DNA from: Epiperipatus broadwayi
Lineage: Eukaryota > Animalia > Onychophora
Assembly (NCBI GenBank): GCA_028023455.1
Contig: JAQFVV010000001.1
Span: forward strand, 2,294,001-2,358,000
Direction: 5' to 3'
Length of the DNA stretch: 64,000 bases
Shown: positions 1 through 11,170 of the stretch, in pieces
Position numbering within the stretch: the stretch's first letter is position 1
Layout of the letters: each line of letters starts with the position of its first letter
Program-made: the position numbers and the translations under genes
The notes under the pieces: generated by a model
Seen by the model: the letters and a program-made list of their open reading frames with translations, nothing else
Told to the model about the DNA's origin: nothing
Database searches by the model: none

Positions 1-1708
1 ATTTCTTTAATAAAAAGCATGATGGAAAATATAAAACACAATATTAAAAAAGATGGTAAATAAAAAAACTAACTAGTTTTTCAAATTAGCCTGAAATTTC
101 TAGCAGGTCATGTTTTATTTATTTCTCAATTACGTTTATTTACATGGTTATCTTTTGTTATTTTTTTTTTAAAATTAGAGGTGATTAAAATTAAATCTCA
201 TTTCTGCTAGAGTACAGTTTTTTAAAAAAATTACAACATTGTTAGTAATAAAGCAATTTAAACTATTAACCAGAAATTTATAATTACAAAAGTTAAATTT
301 ATCCATAAGTTAAATAGATAATAAGAAGCATGTTTAAGTCTTAATTATAATAAAGGTAATAGTATTAACTGAAATACTTGTTATTTAAAAACTTTTATTA
401 TTCCAAACCAAAATTTCAAAGGTGATCTTTAATATTTTAAAACAAATAAATTAATTTATACATATATTTACAAACAAAATTAAAGTAAAGTAAATATCCC
501 AAATATTTTTTTCAATCTTAGCAAAGTTTAGCTTTACAATGAAGGGGTAAAAGTTAAATTCTCAAAGGCTGAAAAATTCACAACTCCATAGAAATTCTGA
601 AAGCAAGAATTTTGGATTAATAGTGTTTTACCCATATATTGAAATAGGCGAAAAGATAATCAAATATAACTTACCAATATAAATAAACTATTTTTTTTTA
701 TTTTGTTGATATAACATAATATATAGTCCATTTTTTTGTAAAACATTATACTTTGATACAATTGAAATTTTTAAAATTTCAATTCAAAAGGTCATCTAAT
801 AAGATTAGCTTTATATATTTGAAAATTTATAATCATTGAACTCATATCAGAAGAAAGCAAATTTATCATTATTAAATACATTAAATTACTTTTCATAAAT
901 ATTACATAGAATTGTAAATAAACTTATATTTAATGAAATAAAAATATGAATATTAATTTTTTTATTATAGTCTTTCATTTTTTTAACCGTTTCTTTAATA
1001 TAATTAATTTGTACAAATTTAAAATGTTATTAAGTAAAATATAGAAATGTTAAGCCATTATTTTTTTAATTTGTTTTCAGATTCTCCATTATATATTCTT
1101 AGACACAATGAGCACTATATACAATATTATATATGATTTATTTTAATTGTTCATGTTTAAACCTATACTGCCCGTTTTATTATAAGAGATTAAAGTAAAT
1201 TATTTTTTAATATATCTATATTTAATAATTTCCCATTAATTTCATATTTTCAAAATACTTTATAACATAATGATATGTATTTAATAAATTATATCATTTT
1301 AATCATTATTAATTTCTGTTTTAAAAGTTAATAAAAGTAGCTTTTGTATGTTATTAGAGCTGATTGATGTAGAAAAATATGTATTCTAGCAAGTAAATGC
1401 TAGATAGAAAGAATACATTTAATTTTATCATTTATAATAGTATATCTGCAACTCACTAATATAAAAGCTTCATGGAATATTTAGAAATATTCATGGCTCC
1501 TGGAAAAAAATATTCTTAATAGAGGTGCTGCTATTATAAAATTTTATTGTATTAATATTTAGTTTATTTAAGTAATTTTCATCATTCATGTTTTCATTAT
1601 AATATTAAAAAATCCTTTAAAAATTACAAATATTATAAGGTCTTAAAATATGAAACAGAACTCATTAATAGTAATTAGAACAAAAAAGGAGAGATTTTTA
1701 ATAACAAT

Positions 1709-3350
1709 TTAATGTGATAGATGTGTTTGAATATTGCTACCAAAAACTCAATAGTGAATGATTTTTTTCCAATGTTTCTATTGATAAACAAAATTTATGT
1801 TTATTTTTAATTAATAATAGTGAAGAAAATATAGTTTCACAAAGATATGTGAATGCAAATGTAACCAGGATATTTAAGACTGTATTTATCAATAAAACAA
1901 ATATTTTTTGTTGTTTAGTCTAAAATTCTGACAAATCATTATTGCAATATGCCAATTCAAGAGCTGAATCTACTCTAAAGTAAATTAGTTTTTGAGATGA
2001 CAACAGGAGATTGCTAAATTGCAGAGATGGAGCAAATGACATTCTTATCTGATCATAGTCTTTATTTTCATTTAAGTTGGGAAAATATTTTTTTAAAAAG
2101 TCATCAAATTTGTTGTGTTGGTTAATTACTATTATTTTACTTTCTGCTGATAATAAAATGTTATTTTCTTCAAGAAATTCATGGAGAGAAGCAAACATTT
2201 CTGTGTTATTATTAACACTAAAACTTCTTAATCATGTGGAAAGTTTAAGGTTAATATATTAATACTTTTTTGTCTTGCAGAGAAAGATTCAATTTATTTA
2301 CTTTTTTAGAAAAACTATCAGGTAAGAGAGCAAACATATTCAATTTTGATAGGAAAAATGAGATGCTAGTTTAGAGTTTTTACTGAGAAGAAAAATTTGT
2401 AATTCAATTTTTAATATTAAAACTCTTTTTAGAACTTTACCTCTGGATAATCATCTTACTTCTGTATGATATAAAAGAGGTTCATAATCGAATTCCATAT
2501 CTTAGCATAAAATTCAAAAATATTGTGGAAACTTCTGATAACACTTTACTAAGTGATTTTTCCATATATTGAAATATTAAGTTTTCTCTGTGGATAAAGC
2601 AATAAACATGTCTTGATTTGGACAAGCTTTTTTTATCTTACGAATTCTGAAATCATGCCAATCATGGCTGAAGTTCCATCGATGCAAACCCTAATGCAAT
2701 TTTGCTATTCAAGCTCATTTTCTATATCTAAAAAAAATTCATCTTTTTAAATATATTTATTCCTTTAATTGCACCAGAGTTTTCTACAAAACTGCAGGTC
2801 TAATTTGATATTTTGCAACCATGAATAATTTTGCAAATTTTTATTGCTCCTCCTAAAATGTGATCTTTATCAATTATATAATGATTTTTATTTTAGAAAT
2901 TAATAAAGCAGTTTTAAAAGAAGCTTTTACCAGTTTATCATTTAATTAAGTAAGCTTTGAAAAAACTTAATTTGCTGTTTTAATTTTTCAGCCTTTCAAA
3001 AAAATTAAATTGTCTTACTCTTAAATTCATTATTCACAGTATCTTCATGGCAATTAAAATTTCCAGGGCCCATACAATTATTTGATAACTGTTTCTGGCA
3101 GATTACATACACAGGCTTGTGTGGATCATTATGTAAATGCATAAATCTATATTTCAAACAAGAAGAAACATATTTACAATTTTTTTTACATAATATTATC
3201 TACTCCTTGCCATCTGATGTTAAAAATGATGTGGACAGTTTTGGTAAAATATGAGACAATGTTGATTGTGATTTGAATTCTTTGGTGTCTTCATTGCTTT
3301 TGACTATCTGATCTCTAAATACATTCTGTTTTTATTATCCATTTATCCAT
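1709..3350 (-). pseudogene. Decayed Charlie/Buster-type hAT transposase
   Basis: Hand translation across stops and frameshifts gives MDKW start (3350), PVYVICQKQLSNNCMGP (BED-like), CIDGTSAMIG, YCFIHRE, LLYHTEVR*LSRGKVLKR, KYFP..IRMSF, FAFTYLCETIFS (dimerisation domain) and terminal QTHLSH* (1709). There is a large internal deletion near 2.8 kb. Confidence 0.88.
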
Positions 3351-3673
3351 CTCAGAATTAAATATTTAATACAAAATTATCAAATGCATTAGTGCCAGTG
3401 ATATTCATTATAAAGTCAAAACTAGTAATCTGTATAGTAGTGGTGTTCCTCGGTATTTATAGTGCTGACATATATGAATTGGAAACAGTGATTATTGTTG
3501 TATTACATGATGTAATTTGTAAATTCTCTCATTAAAAATTAAAAATATATTTGTATATAAAAATAAATCTAATTATCTACTTCTAATTTAAAAATTTGAT
3601 ATTTATTTTTAAACCTTCCCTTGGCAAGAACCATAGCTCCTCAAAGGGTCACATTCCCCAGTTTGAGAAGCTG
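1709..3673 (-). mobile_element. hAT DNA transposon remnant, Charlie/Buster (ZBED5/ZBED8-like) type, internally deleted
   Basis: The minus-strand 5' end CAGCTTCTCAAACTGGGG (3656-3673) resembles Charlie TIRs and is followed by a decayed transposase. The 3' TIR and a TSD were not found. Confidence 0.85.
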
Positions 3674-4343
3674 TAATCTATAGGATAAAAATAAACCATG
3701 GGATCAGGGTTCAAAGAAATATAATGTTTCCCACTCATCATTGTATAATTGTATTTTGGTTTCATAGTCTGCACATTAACATTTATCTGATTAACCTAAA
3801 TAAATTGCAAGTTTTAATATTTTTGCTAAGAATAGCTGATACTCATTTATATATCAATAATGGATGGTTAACCAATAGCTAACTATCTACAAAAAAAAAT
3901 CTAAGCGTAATAATTAGAAATCCTCGACTACTAGAAATTTTTTTTTTCATTTCTGTCCAGATTTGGATATTATGTCATGAGCATGATAGATGGTTGCAGT
4001 AACCACAGTACTATAAAACTCTTTAATATTTGCAATAGCTAAACTAATGTTTAAAATTCTATAGACATTTGTGGTAAATCTCATTCTGTGAAAAATAACA
4101 AAACTTTGTTAATATTTTTTAGTATACTGTATTTTTGTTTTGATAAAAAAAACGGGTCTGAAAAAATAATTAGCAATTTCATTCTTTGCGATTAAATGTT
4201 GACCATTATTTTAGAAGAACACAGTGCACAGAAATATCGCAAATGACTAATAAAGAGAGACATAATATTTTTTAATAAAAATCCATAACTTCCTATTTAA
4301 AGATTATTCTTTATAAATAGTAATACAATTCCTTCTTTATTTT

Positions 4344-4381
4344 GCTTATAGTTTCAACTGTTCTGCAGTCTTCATCAGAAC
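4344..4381 (-). ncRNA. Minimal type I hammerhead ribozyme motif (family 1, left arm)
   Basis: Minus strand reads GTT-CTGATGA-A-GACTG-cagaa-CAGTT-GAAA-CT-ATA-AGC, followed by AATAAA. The core is intact; stem III has a mismatch. Confidence 0.6.
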
Positions 4382-4498
4382 TCTCTATGACTTTCATTTC
4401 TCTCTCTACAACTGTAACTAAATATTCAATTTCAATTGTAGAGAGAAAGTGAAAGTATTCAGTTACAGTTGTAGAGAGAGAAGTGGAAGTTATAGAGA

Positions 4499-4536
4499 GC
4501 TCTAATGAAGACTGCAGAACAGTTGAAACTGTAAGC
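4499..4536 (+). ncRNA. Minimal type I hammerhead ribozyme motif (family 1, right arm, core mutated)
   Basis: GCT-CTAATGA-A-GACTG-cagaa-CAGTT-GAAA-CT-GTA-AGC, then AATAAA at 4539-4544. There is a G5>A change in the core. Confidence 0.55.
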
Positions 4537-6254
4537 AAAATAAAAAAGGTGTTATATAAAAAAAGATTGCATTAAAGTGTATAGGAGGAGATGATAAAAA
4601 AATTTAAATATATATATATGACTATGAGATTATTCGTAAAATTATTTTCTTATCTAATAAAAATAAGCACTTATTAAATATCTGAATGGTTAAAGCATAT
4701 TATAAAATTTTAGGAAAAATAAATCAGATAGCCTGTAGGAAAAGTTTATTCCAATATTCCAAAATAATCAGTATGTTAAATATAAAAATTAATATTTATG
4801 TATGTATATAAAAATGATGCTATTTTTATGAATCACATTCATATTCGTAATATGTTGTTTGAAGACAAGTTGAAATAACATATCAATAGAGTAACCACAT
4901 TGAAACAGTTAGTCAAAAGGGTAGCTAAGCAGTAACATTTGAAATGATGTATTTTCATTGATTGCTGTAATAGTGATCGCATAAATGTATATGATATGAG
5001 GCATGACTTTTCCCTCTGATTGTAATTTATAGTGATGTCAAAATAGCTTTCAGTTATATTGAGATTGTATTAATATATAGAATTCATGCTTTGCATTTTT
5101 ACACTTCAATAAATTGAATGCTTATATGCGATTCAAGCCAAAGTACAGATGGGCTTATTTTGTACTTTTTTGTTTATTGATGAATTTGTATTTAGTTTAT
5201 AAATAGCTTACTGGAGGTTTACAGTAATTTCTGCTTTAGTATTTAAAATTACAGACATATTTAATGAGTAACTTTGTAGTTATAGTAGAGCCATAATATA
5301 GGAATTGCTTTAAAACACATATGACTCATGTTTTTTACATTACCAGATATAGACACATTGATTTTTTTCGGTTACTTGAGTCTCAACAATTCCAGAAATA
5401 ATCCAATCATTAAGTTTGAGCATATGTCACCATGAAGTATTCACAAGAGTTGATTGAAATATTTATCTAATCGTATCCTACAATAATTTTTAATTATTTG
5501 TAGAATATTCAGTTATACATTGAATACTTTTTTTAAACAACTATATTTAAAGTTTTATCTTTTTTTTAATTCTACAAAAATTTCATTTGTACAGAAAGAA
5601 TTAATAATATCTTTAAATAAATAACATTTAATATATTAAACATTTTATTTTAATATTTATATATACTGTAGACGAGTGTTTAATACTTAATTTGTCCTTC
5701 ATTATTTTGCTATACCTTGAAGCATTTTTATAGCTTCATCGTTAACCAATCAAAAGTCTCCAAATGTTAGGAAGTCAGTATGAAGTTGACAGTGGGTTCA
5801 CTATTATACAGTGCCTCTAAGCAGTTTTAAAATTTAGATGAATGAAATTGTTTGAATATATAATAATGCTTTAAAAATAAAATATTAAATTACAATAAAT
5901 TAAATGAATTATTAGTTTTTCATAAAAATATTTGTTAATTAAAATTCTTTGCAGATATCTAAGTGATAATTATGCTTTGAATCTTAGATTAGAGGTGAAG
6001 AAAGACAAATATGTTTTTATGGCTGATCAAAATAATTAGAATAAGGAATGTGGATATATATATAAAACAATTATTGCATTGTTGACATTTTATAGAAAAC
6101 TAGCTTTTAATTGTTATTAATTTTAAATATGTTTTTATTAAGCATATATTTGAAATAATAAAAAAATGTTTATAGAATTTAAAATTAATCATAAATGTAA
6201 GATTTCATTATAAAAAAATTATTTATATCAATATTATTATTTATATGCCAAAAT

Positions 6255-6570
6255 AGAGGTCCCACTCTTCAAACCAATCCTTTTTTTCTGTTGTCTATTT
6301 TTCAGATACTTGGAACTGTTTCTCTTCTTAAGATCATCTAATCAATTTCTTTTTCGCCAAGTTTTTCCCCTTATTTTCTCTATAATGCCTTTCAACATAT
6401 CATTAATAATTCCTCTGTCTCTAAGCATATACTCTACATATTCAGTGAAGTTTTAAAAATAATTTCCCTATAAATAATCTAGGATTTATTTTCTCAACTT
6501 ATTTTTTATTTTTTTAAATCTTCTCTAGATTCACATTTCTAAAGTCTCCAATCTTTTTTCATAATTTTTC
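6255..6570 (-). mobile_element. RTE-clade LINE 3' fragment (old)
   Basis: Decayed translation LETLEM*I*RR...LDDLKK resembles the RTE ORF C-terminus (LEAFEMWCWRR...WxDD). Confidence 0.5.
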
Positions 6571-6889
6571 TTAATTGTTTATGTATACATACTTATTTAT
6601 ATATATTTAAATTATCTTTAAAATTTTGTACAAATTATAACAAAGAGAGAGAAATTTATTTTTAGGAATGTAAATTTTTATTGCATGATTTATGAATTCT
6701 TATGCAAATTATTATTGTCACTGATAGTCTAATTTATTTGTCCAAAAGTAATATTATTTTTCTTCTATATATTCTTTTTTTTTAAAAAAAAAATTGGTTG
6801 CTTTTATATTTAGGAAAATATTTTTAATGGTTAAGCAATTAAGCTGTAATATATAGTCATTAGTATTTTCTTAAATTTATGAAGAAATA

Positions 6890-7100
6890 AAATAAATGCC
6901 TTTGGGATGAGGTAGTTAGAAAAGTTAAAAAAGGATGACTAACATCAAGATCATTGTATTATTAAAAAGTCTGAAGATCAAACAATGTGATACTTTATAG
7001 AAATATTATTTATGCGATCACAAGAGATTAACGTCAATTTGATGTTTATCTTTATTTGAGTTTTTAGATATAGAAAATAAGAAATTCCAGCTGGTAAAGG
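6890..7100 (+). mobile_element. Possible Tc1-like transposase C-terminal remnant
   Basis: CLWDEVVRKV resembles the Tc1 ENLWxxLxRRV motif; the rest is heavily decayed. Confidence 0.3.
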
Positions 7101-7831
7101 GTTATATTTAAAATGAGAGATTATAAAATAAAAAGAATCATCTTTTTTTAATTTTAATTTTTAAAATATTCACTATATTTTAAATAGATACATGAATGAC
7201 GTTATCCATCTTGCACCTTGGCCTAGTTCAAATTCAGATGAAACTTGGCATTTTTTTTTTCCAGTTTTTTAGAAGGTTTAGGTCGATTTATTTCTTCAGA
7301 CAATTATTTCATAGTTAACCTATGTGGCCATTCAATTAATTATTGGTTAGAAAGTTATTAGCTAACTATTTTTAGCTAGGTGTTATAACTATGTTAATAT
7401 GAATGTTTCAGATGAGTTTTAATGACGCTGACAGAAACTGATTATTATTTTACGCAACTTTTTTCATTAATGAGTAAAATATTCCCAGAACTCTTAGTTT
7501 GCTAATACTTTTTAAATATATTTATATAAATTTTAAAATTTAATACCAAAAAGCTATCATCCAAATATTATTGATTATAGTGAAAATGAGAATATTTGAA
7601 TTATTAACTTTAAAAAAGGTAAACGATAATTTTAAATATTATATAGGTGTGTAAGAATTCTGCAGTTCAAAAAAAAAAAAAATCAGTACAATAATACAAA
7701 TTGTATATATATCTCAAAACTTAGTGTACTTAAATGAATTATATAAAAGTTCCCCTTTTAAAAAACAAACAAAAACAAATTACCATTTTTCATTTAAAAA
7801 AAACAACAACTTAATTTATTCAAAAGGTATG

Positions 7832-8640
7832 TTACATTATTGAATAAGAACAAGAAAGTCCGATGATATAAGAAGAAGAGGTTAATGTTGTTATACATGA
7901 TTTGCTAATAATGAATGTTATTCTATTACAAGCCTTTAAATTGTTGTAAGAAATACAGGGATGCAGAGTGGTCAATATTGCATTGATAATATGAGTTAGA
8001 TGTATCAAAGTTTTAACAGGTGGCAGCATTATTGGGTTTAGTGTTTTAAACATAACTTGATTTATTTAGGGGATGAGATAGCATGTGTGTTAACTGCTAT
8101 TGCAGTCGCTTATGTTGTTGAAAAGAGAGACCATGTGTCATTGAAAGTTTTGATTGTGGAGAAGAGCTCATCTTGCTTTTTAATTTCTTTGATTAAATGT
8201 ATGAATAGGGAGCTTAGGTTTGGTTGTGGCAATTAAATTAGCATTTTACATCTGACTATCCAAAGCATATGCAGGATGAATAAAGAAATTCTGATTATTG
8301 AATAAGTGTCAAACTTCATTGTTTTGTCTAGTTATAATATGGGCTCACTATTAATTGAGACTTTGGAGATGACAAGGTCTCTTATAGATTTCATCTGTGG
8401 GCATTTAAGAATGATATGATCAATTGATTCATGTTCCATTGAGCACAGGCTGCTGATTGGATTGATCTTGTTATATCCTCATTTGAAATGGAGGTAGGAA
8501 TTGGTGGATAGGTTAATTTTGACAGCAAAGTCGAAGAATTTTGCCTCAAGACTGCATCTTTTGAGGAGATGTAATAGTTTATGATTATTAATCTTAACTT
8601 TGTTAGCTCTTCCATCCAAATCAACAAATTACATTTTTGT
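7832..8640 (-). mobile_element. Jockey/I-group LINE fragment (linker and RT N-terminus)
   Basis: LPPVKTLIHLTHIINAIL...TSSSY matches the LPxxxxxxLTxIxNAIL...SYRPISLL region of Jockey-group RTs. Multiple stops and frameshifts. Confidence 0.6.
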
Positions 8641-8856
8641 TTTAATTTCAGAAGGAAATTAAAATTTGATTTACTTTCAGTATAATTTATAAAATAAAAA
8701 AACTTTACTTTGTAAATAAAATTACATTAGGTGTACATCTTTTTAAATTTATATTAGTAAAAATCCATTAGAAATGAAAAGTTTGTTGCAGTGAATGAAG
8801 ATTATGAAAAAATTTACTAAATTTTATATGCTTTTTTTTCATATGTTAAAGGCATG

Positions 8857-8929
8857 TGGCATTGACTGGGAAGTGAACCCGGGCCAGCTACTTGGAATGT
8901 AGCTATGCTAACTGCTAGGCCACCAATGC
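8857..8929 (-). pseudogene. tRNA-Gly(TCC)-like pseudogene or tRNA-derived SINE head
   Basis: GCATTGG/TCAATGC acceptor stem and GCTAC-ATTCCAA-GTAGC anticodon arm (TCC) are present. The T-arm is CCGGG-TTCACTT-CCCAG, and the D-loop GG and B-box are damaged. Confidence 0.8.
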
Positions 8930-8968
8930 TTGACTGCTTTTTTTTTTCCAATTCATTTTTAGCATTTA

Positions 8969-9137
8969 TGATAATCTTAAATCATGCTATCACACTTCCA
9001 ATTTCAAAGAAAGAATCATAACTGGCTATGAATATGAGAAGTACATCTTCTTGAAAGCACTCAGCCATTTAATTTAGTTTTCTATTTGTTGTTACAGCTT
9101 TATGTTGGAAGTGTGATAGCATGATTTAAGATTATCA
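8969..9137. repeat. Perfect 32-bp inverted repeat with 105-bp spacer (MITE-like)
   Basis: TGATAATCTTAAATCATGCTATCACACTTCCA (8969-9000) is the exact reverse complement of 9106-9137. Confidence 0.9.
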
Positions 9138-9299
9138 CATTGAAGACAAATGTAAAGTATAAATCTACAGATTATTACTTAATATTTTAGCATTTATGTA
9201 AATTATTACTGGAGAATTAACATTATTCTATAATAATGTTGTCAAAATCAGTTGTCTTTCAGAAAGCAGGTACTACCCATCAATTAATATCAAACTTTT

Positions 9300-10270
9300 C
9301 TGTCTTTTTTGTATTTTTTAATTTCTAAAACTCCCTCCTCTCCCTTTTAATGACATCTATTAACTATTTTTCTTTTACTATTTCTTTTTCATCACCCTCT
9401 ATAGTCTTTTCTAATATTTTTTATAATTTTTTCTATTTCTTATTAAAGTGTTATTTACCTTTCATTATTTAATTTTTCTTAATAAATTTTTTTTTTTCAC
9501 TTACACTTCACAATTTTTGGTTTTATCATTTCAATTCACCATTTTCTCAAAATTTTCATCTTTAAAACATTCACTCTGGACCCATTTCTACTTGTTCATA
9601 TCTCTGCTCATTTATAAAACTACATTACAAAAATTTAAACAGTCTTTTTAAGATATACTGTAATTTTTGTGGAGTGTAACGTAATTTTCTCTTATCAATA
9701 ACCTACTTGGTTTAGACAATTCTCACCTTAATTTTTGTATTCCTGCTTTTATTATTAATTTAATAATTTTCCAAATATTTAAAAGTACTAACTTTCTTTA
9801 TGCCTTCTTTTATTTATCAGTTTTAAACTTTTTTATTTTTCTAAATATTTTAATTGCTTTAATTTTAATTTTTTTCTTCCAAAATTTGTTAATATTATTT
9901 TTGTTAATTTCAGTCTCTTTATTTTCAAATATCATTATGTTATCAGCATATTTACATACAATGAAAGTCTTTTTCTCTTAATCTTAATTTCAATTTTTAA
10001 GTAGCACTCATTAATAACTCATTGAAATAATTTTTTTATCAAAATTATGAGAAAGATGTCAGCCTTAATCTATATTATCTTCTGCTTTTACCTTTCTTTT
10101 ACAAAGACAAATGAATAAATATTTTCTGTGTGATATATGAATTTTTGGATAATTATCTACCATTTTAATCTTTACTTATGCTCTTCAAAATTTTCAGTAA
10201 TATCAATGGGGCAAAAGATCTCTTTCTCTTTCTGCATATTTTTAATAATATTTCTTATCACTGCTCTTTG
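9300..10270 (-). mobile_element. RTE-like LINE RT fragment (old)
   Basis: Decayed frame KYADNIMIF...VSTFKYLE...IKVRI corresponds to the YADD, FKYLG and EIxxRI motifs. The minus strand is A-rich. Confidence 0.6.
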
Positions 10271-10299
10271 TAATAGAAACATATAAAATGATACTAGCA

Positions 10300-10465
10300 T
10301 TATGATTATTAGGATATTTGAACCTAGCTTTTTAAGCTCTCTTCAGCTATTTAATCTATTTTATCCAACTGATACACATGACTACACATGTGTGAAAAAG
10401 GTAAATGATCTCCAATATATATTTCATGCTGAACCAGCACTCATCAGTTGGTCAAATCATCATTT

Positions 10466-10505
<40 letters not shown>

Positions 10506-10713
10506 ATCACTACTCAGTTTATATTAAGATAGAAACTCTTCAAACTTTAAAGGACAGACTTCCATGTACTTTCCCTCCAACACTTCAGCTATCCATACTA
10601 TTGAAAATCTGTTGATGGAATGCCCAAATTCTTTAATGATGCAATATTATTGTTATGCCCATGTTGAAGTCATTCTGACCCCTCATGTATAGACTCTTGT
10701 TCATTTAAATACA
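10300..10713 (-). mobile_element. Hammerhead-bearing repeat, copy A (Penelope pLTR/retrozyme-like)
   Basis: Colinear reverse-complement homolog of 10795-11170, with an internal (CA)n(TA)n tract. Confidence 0.75.
10407..10458 (-). ncRNA. Type I hammerhead ribozyme motif (family 2, copy A)
   Basis: Minus strand reads GATTTGACCAA-CTGATGA-GTGCTG-gtt-CAGCAT-GAAA-TAT-ATA-TTGGAGATC. Confidence 0.75.
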
Positions 10714-10794
10714 CAGAAGAGGGATGGGCAGGATACAGGCTGAATCTATAATATTTAAACACAGATATACTTTATATCCCTGGAGTTTTGATGT

Positions 10795-11170
10795 ATTTAA
10801 TGAACAAAGTCCTATACATGAGGAGTCAGAGTGACTTAAAGTCAGCATCATCAAGGAATTTGGGTATTCCATCGTCAGATTTTTAATGATATGAATGGTT
10901 AAAGAGTTGGGGGTGGGTGTGGAGTAGATGGAAGCATGTCCATCAAAGTTTGAAGATTTGCTATTTTAATATAAACTGAGCACTGATTATATATATATGT
11001 GGGGGGGAGATGATGATCTGGACCAACTGATGATTGCTGATTCAGCATGAAATGCATATATTGGAGATCATTTATCTTTTTCACATGTATGTGTCATGTT
11101 TATCAGTTGTATTAGATAGATTGGATGGCTGAAGGGAACTTGAAAGTCTCAGTTCAAATCCCCTATAATT
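10795..11170 (+). mobile_element. Hammerhead-bearing repeat, copy B, flanked by ~52-bp inverted segments (10743-10795 / 11170-11221)
   Basis: Reverse-complement homolog of copy A. The flanking segments AATCTATAATATTTAAA...GATGTA and TACATC...TTTAAATATTAGAATT are inverted copies of each other. Confidence 0.75.
11015..11069 (+). ncRNA. Type I hammerhead ribozyme motif (family 2, copy B)
   Basis: GATCT-gga-CCAA / CTGATGA (11027-11033) / T-TGCTG-att-CAGCA-T / GAAA (11049-11052) / TGCAT-ATA / TTGG-AGATC. The predicted cleavage site is after 11060. Confidence 0.75.

Larger units (their letters stand above)
4331..4549. repeat. Fold-back inverted repeat, ~96-bp arms
   Basis: 4331-4426 versus the reverse complement of 4454-4549 shows 9 differences in 96 nt, all transitions, around a short spacer. 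Confidence 0.95.

Noticed and set aside
4311-4538. 75-aa ORF with internal symmetry
   Set aside because: It is an artefact of the fold-back repeat.
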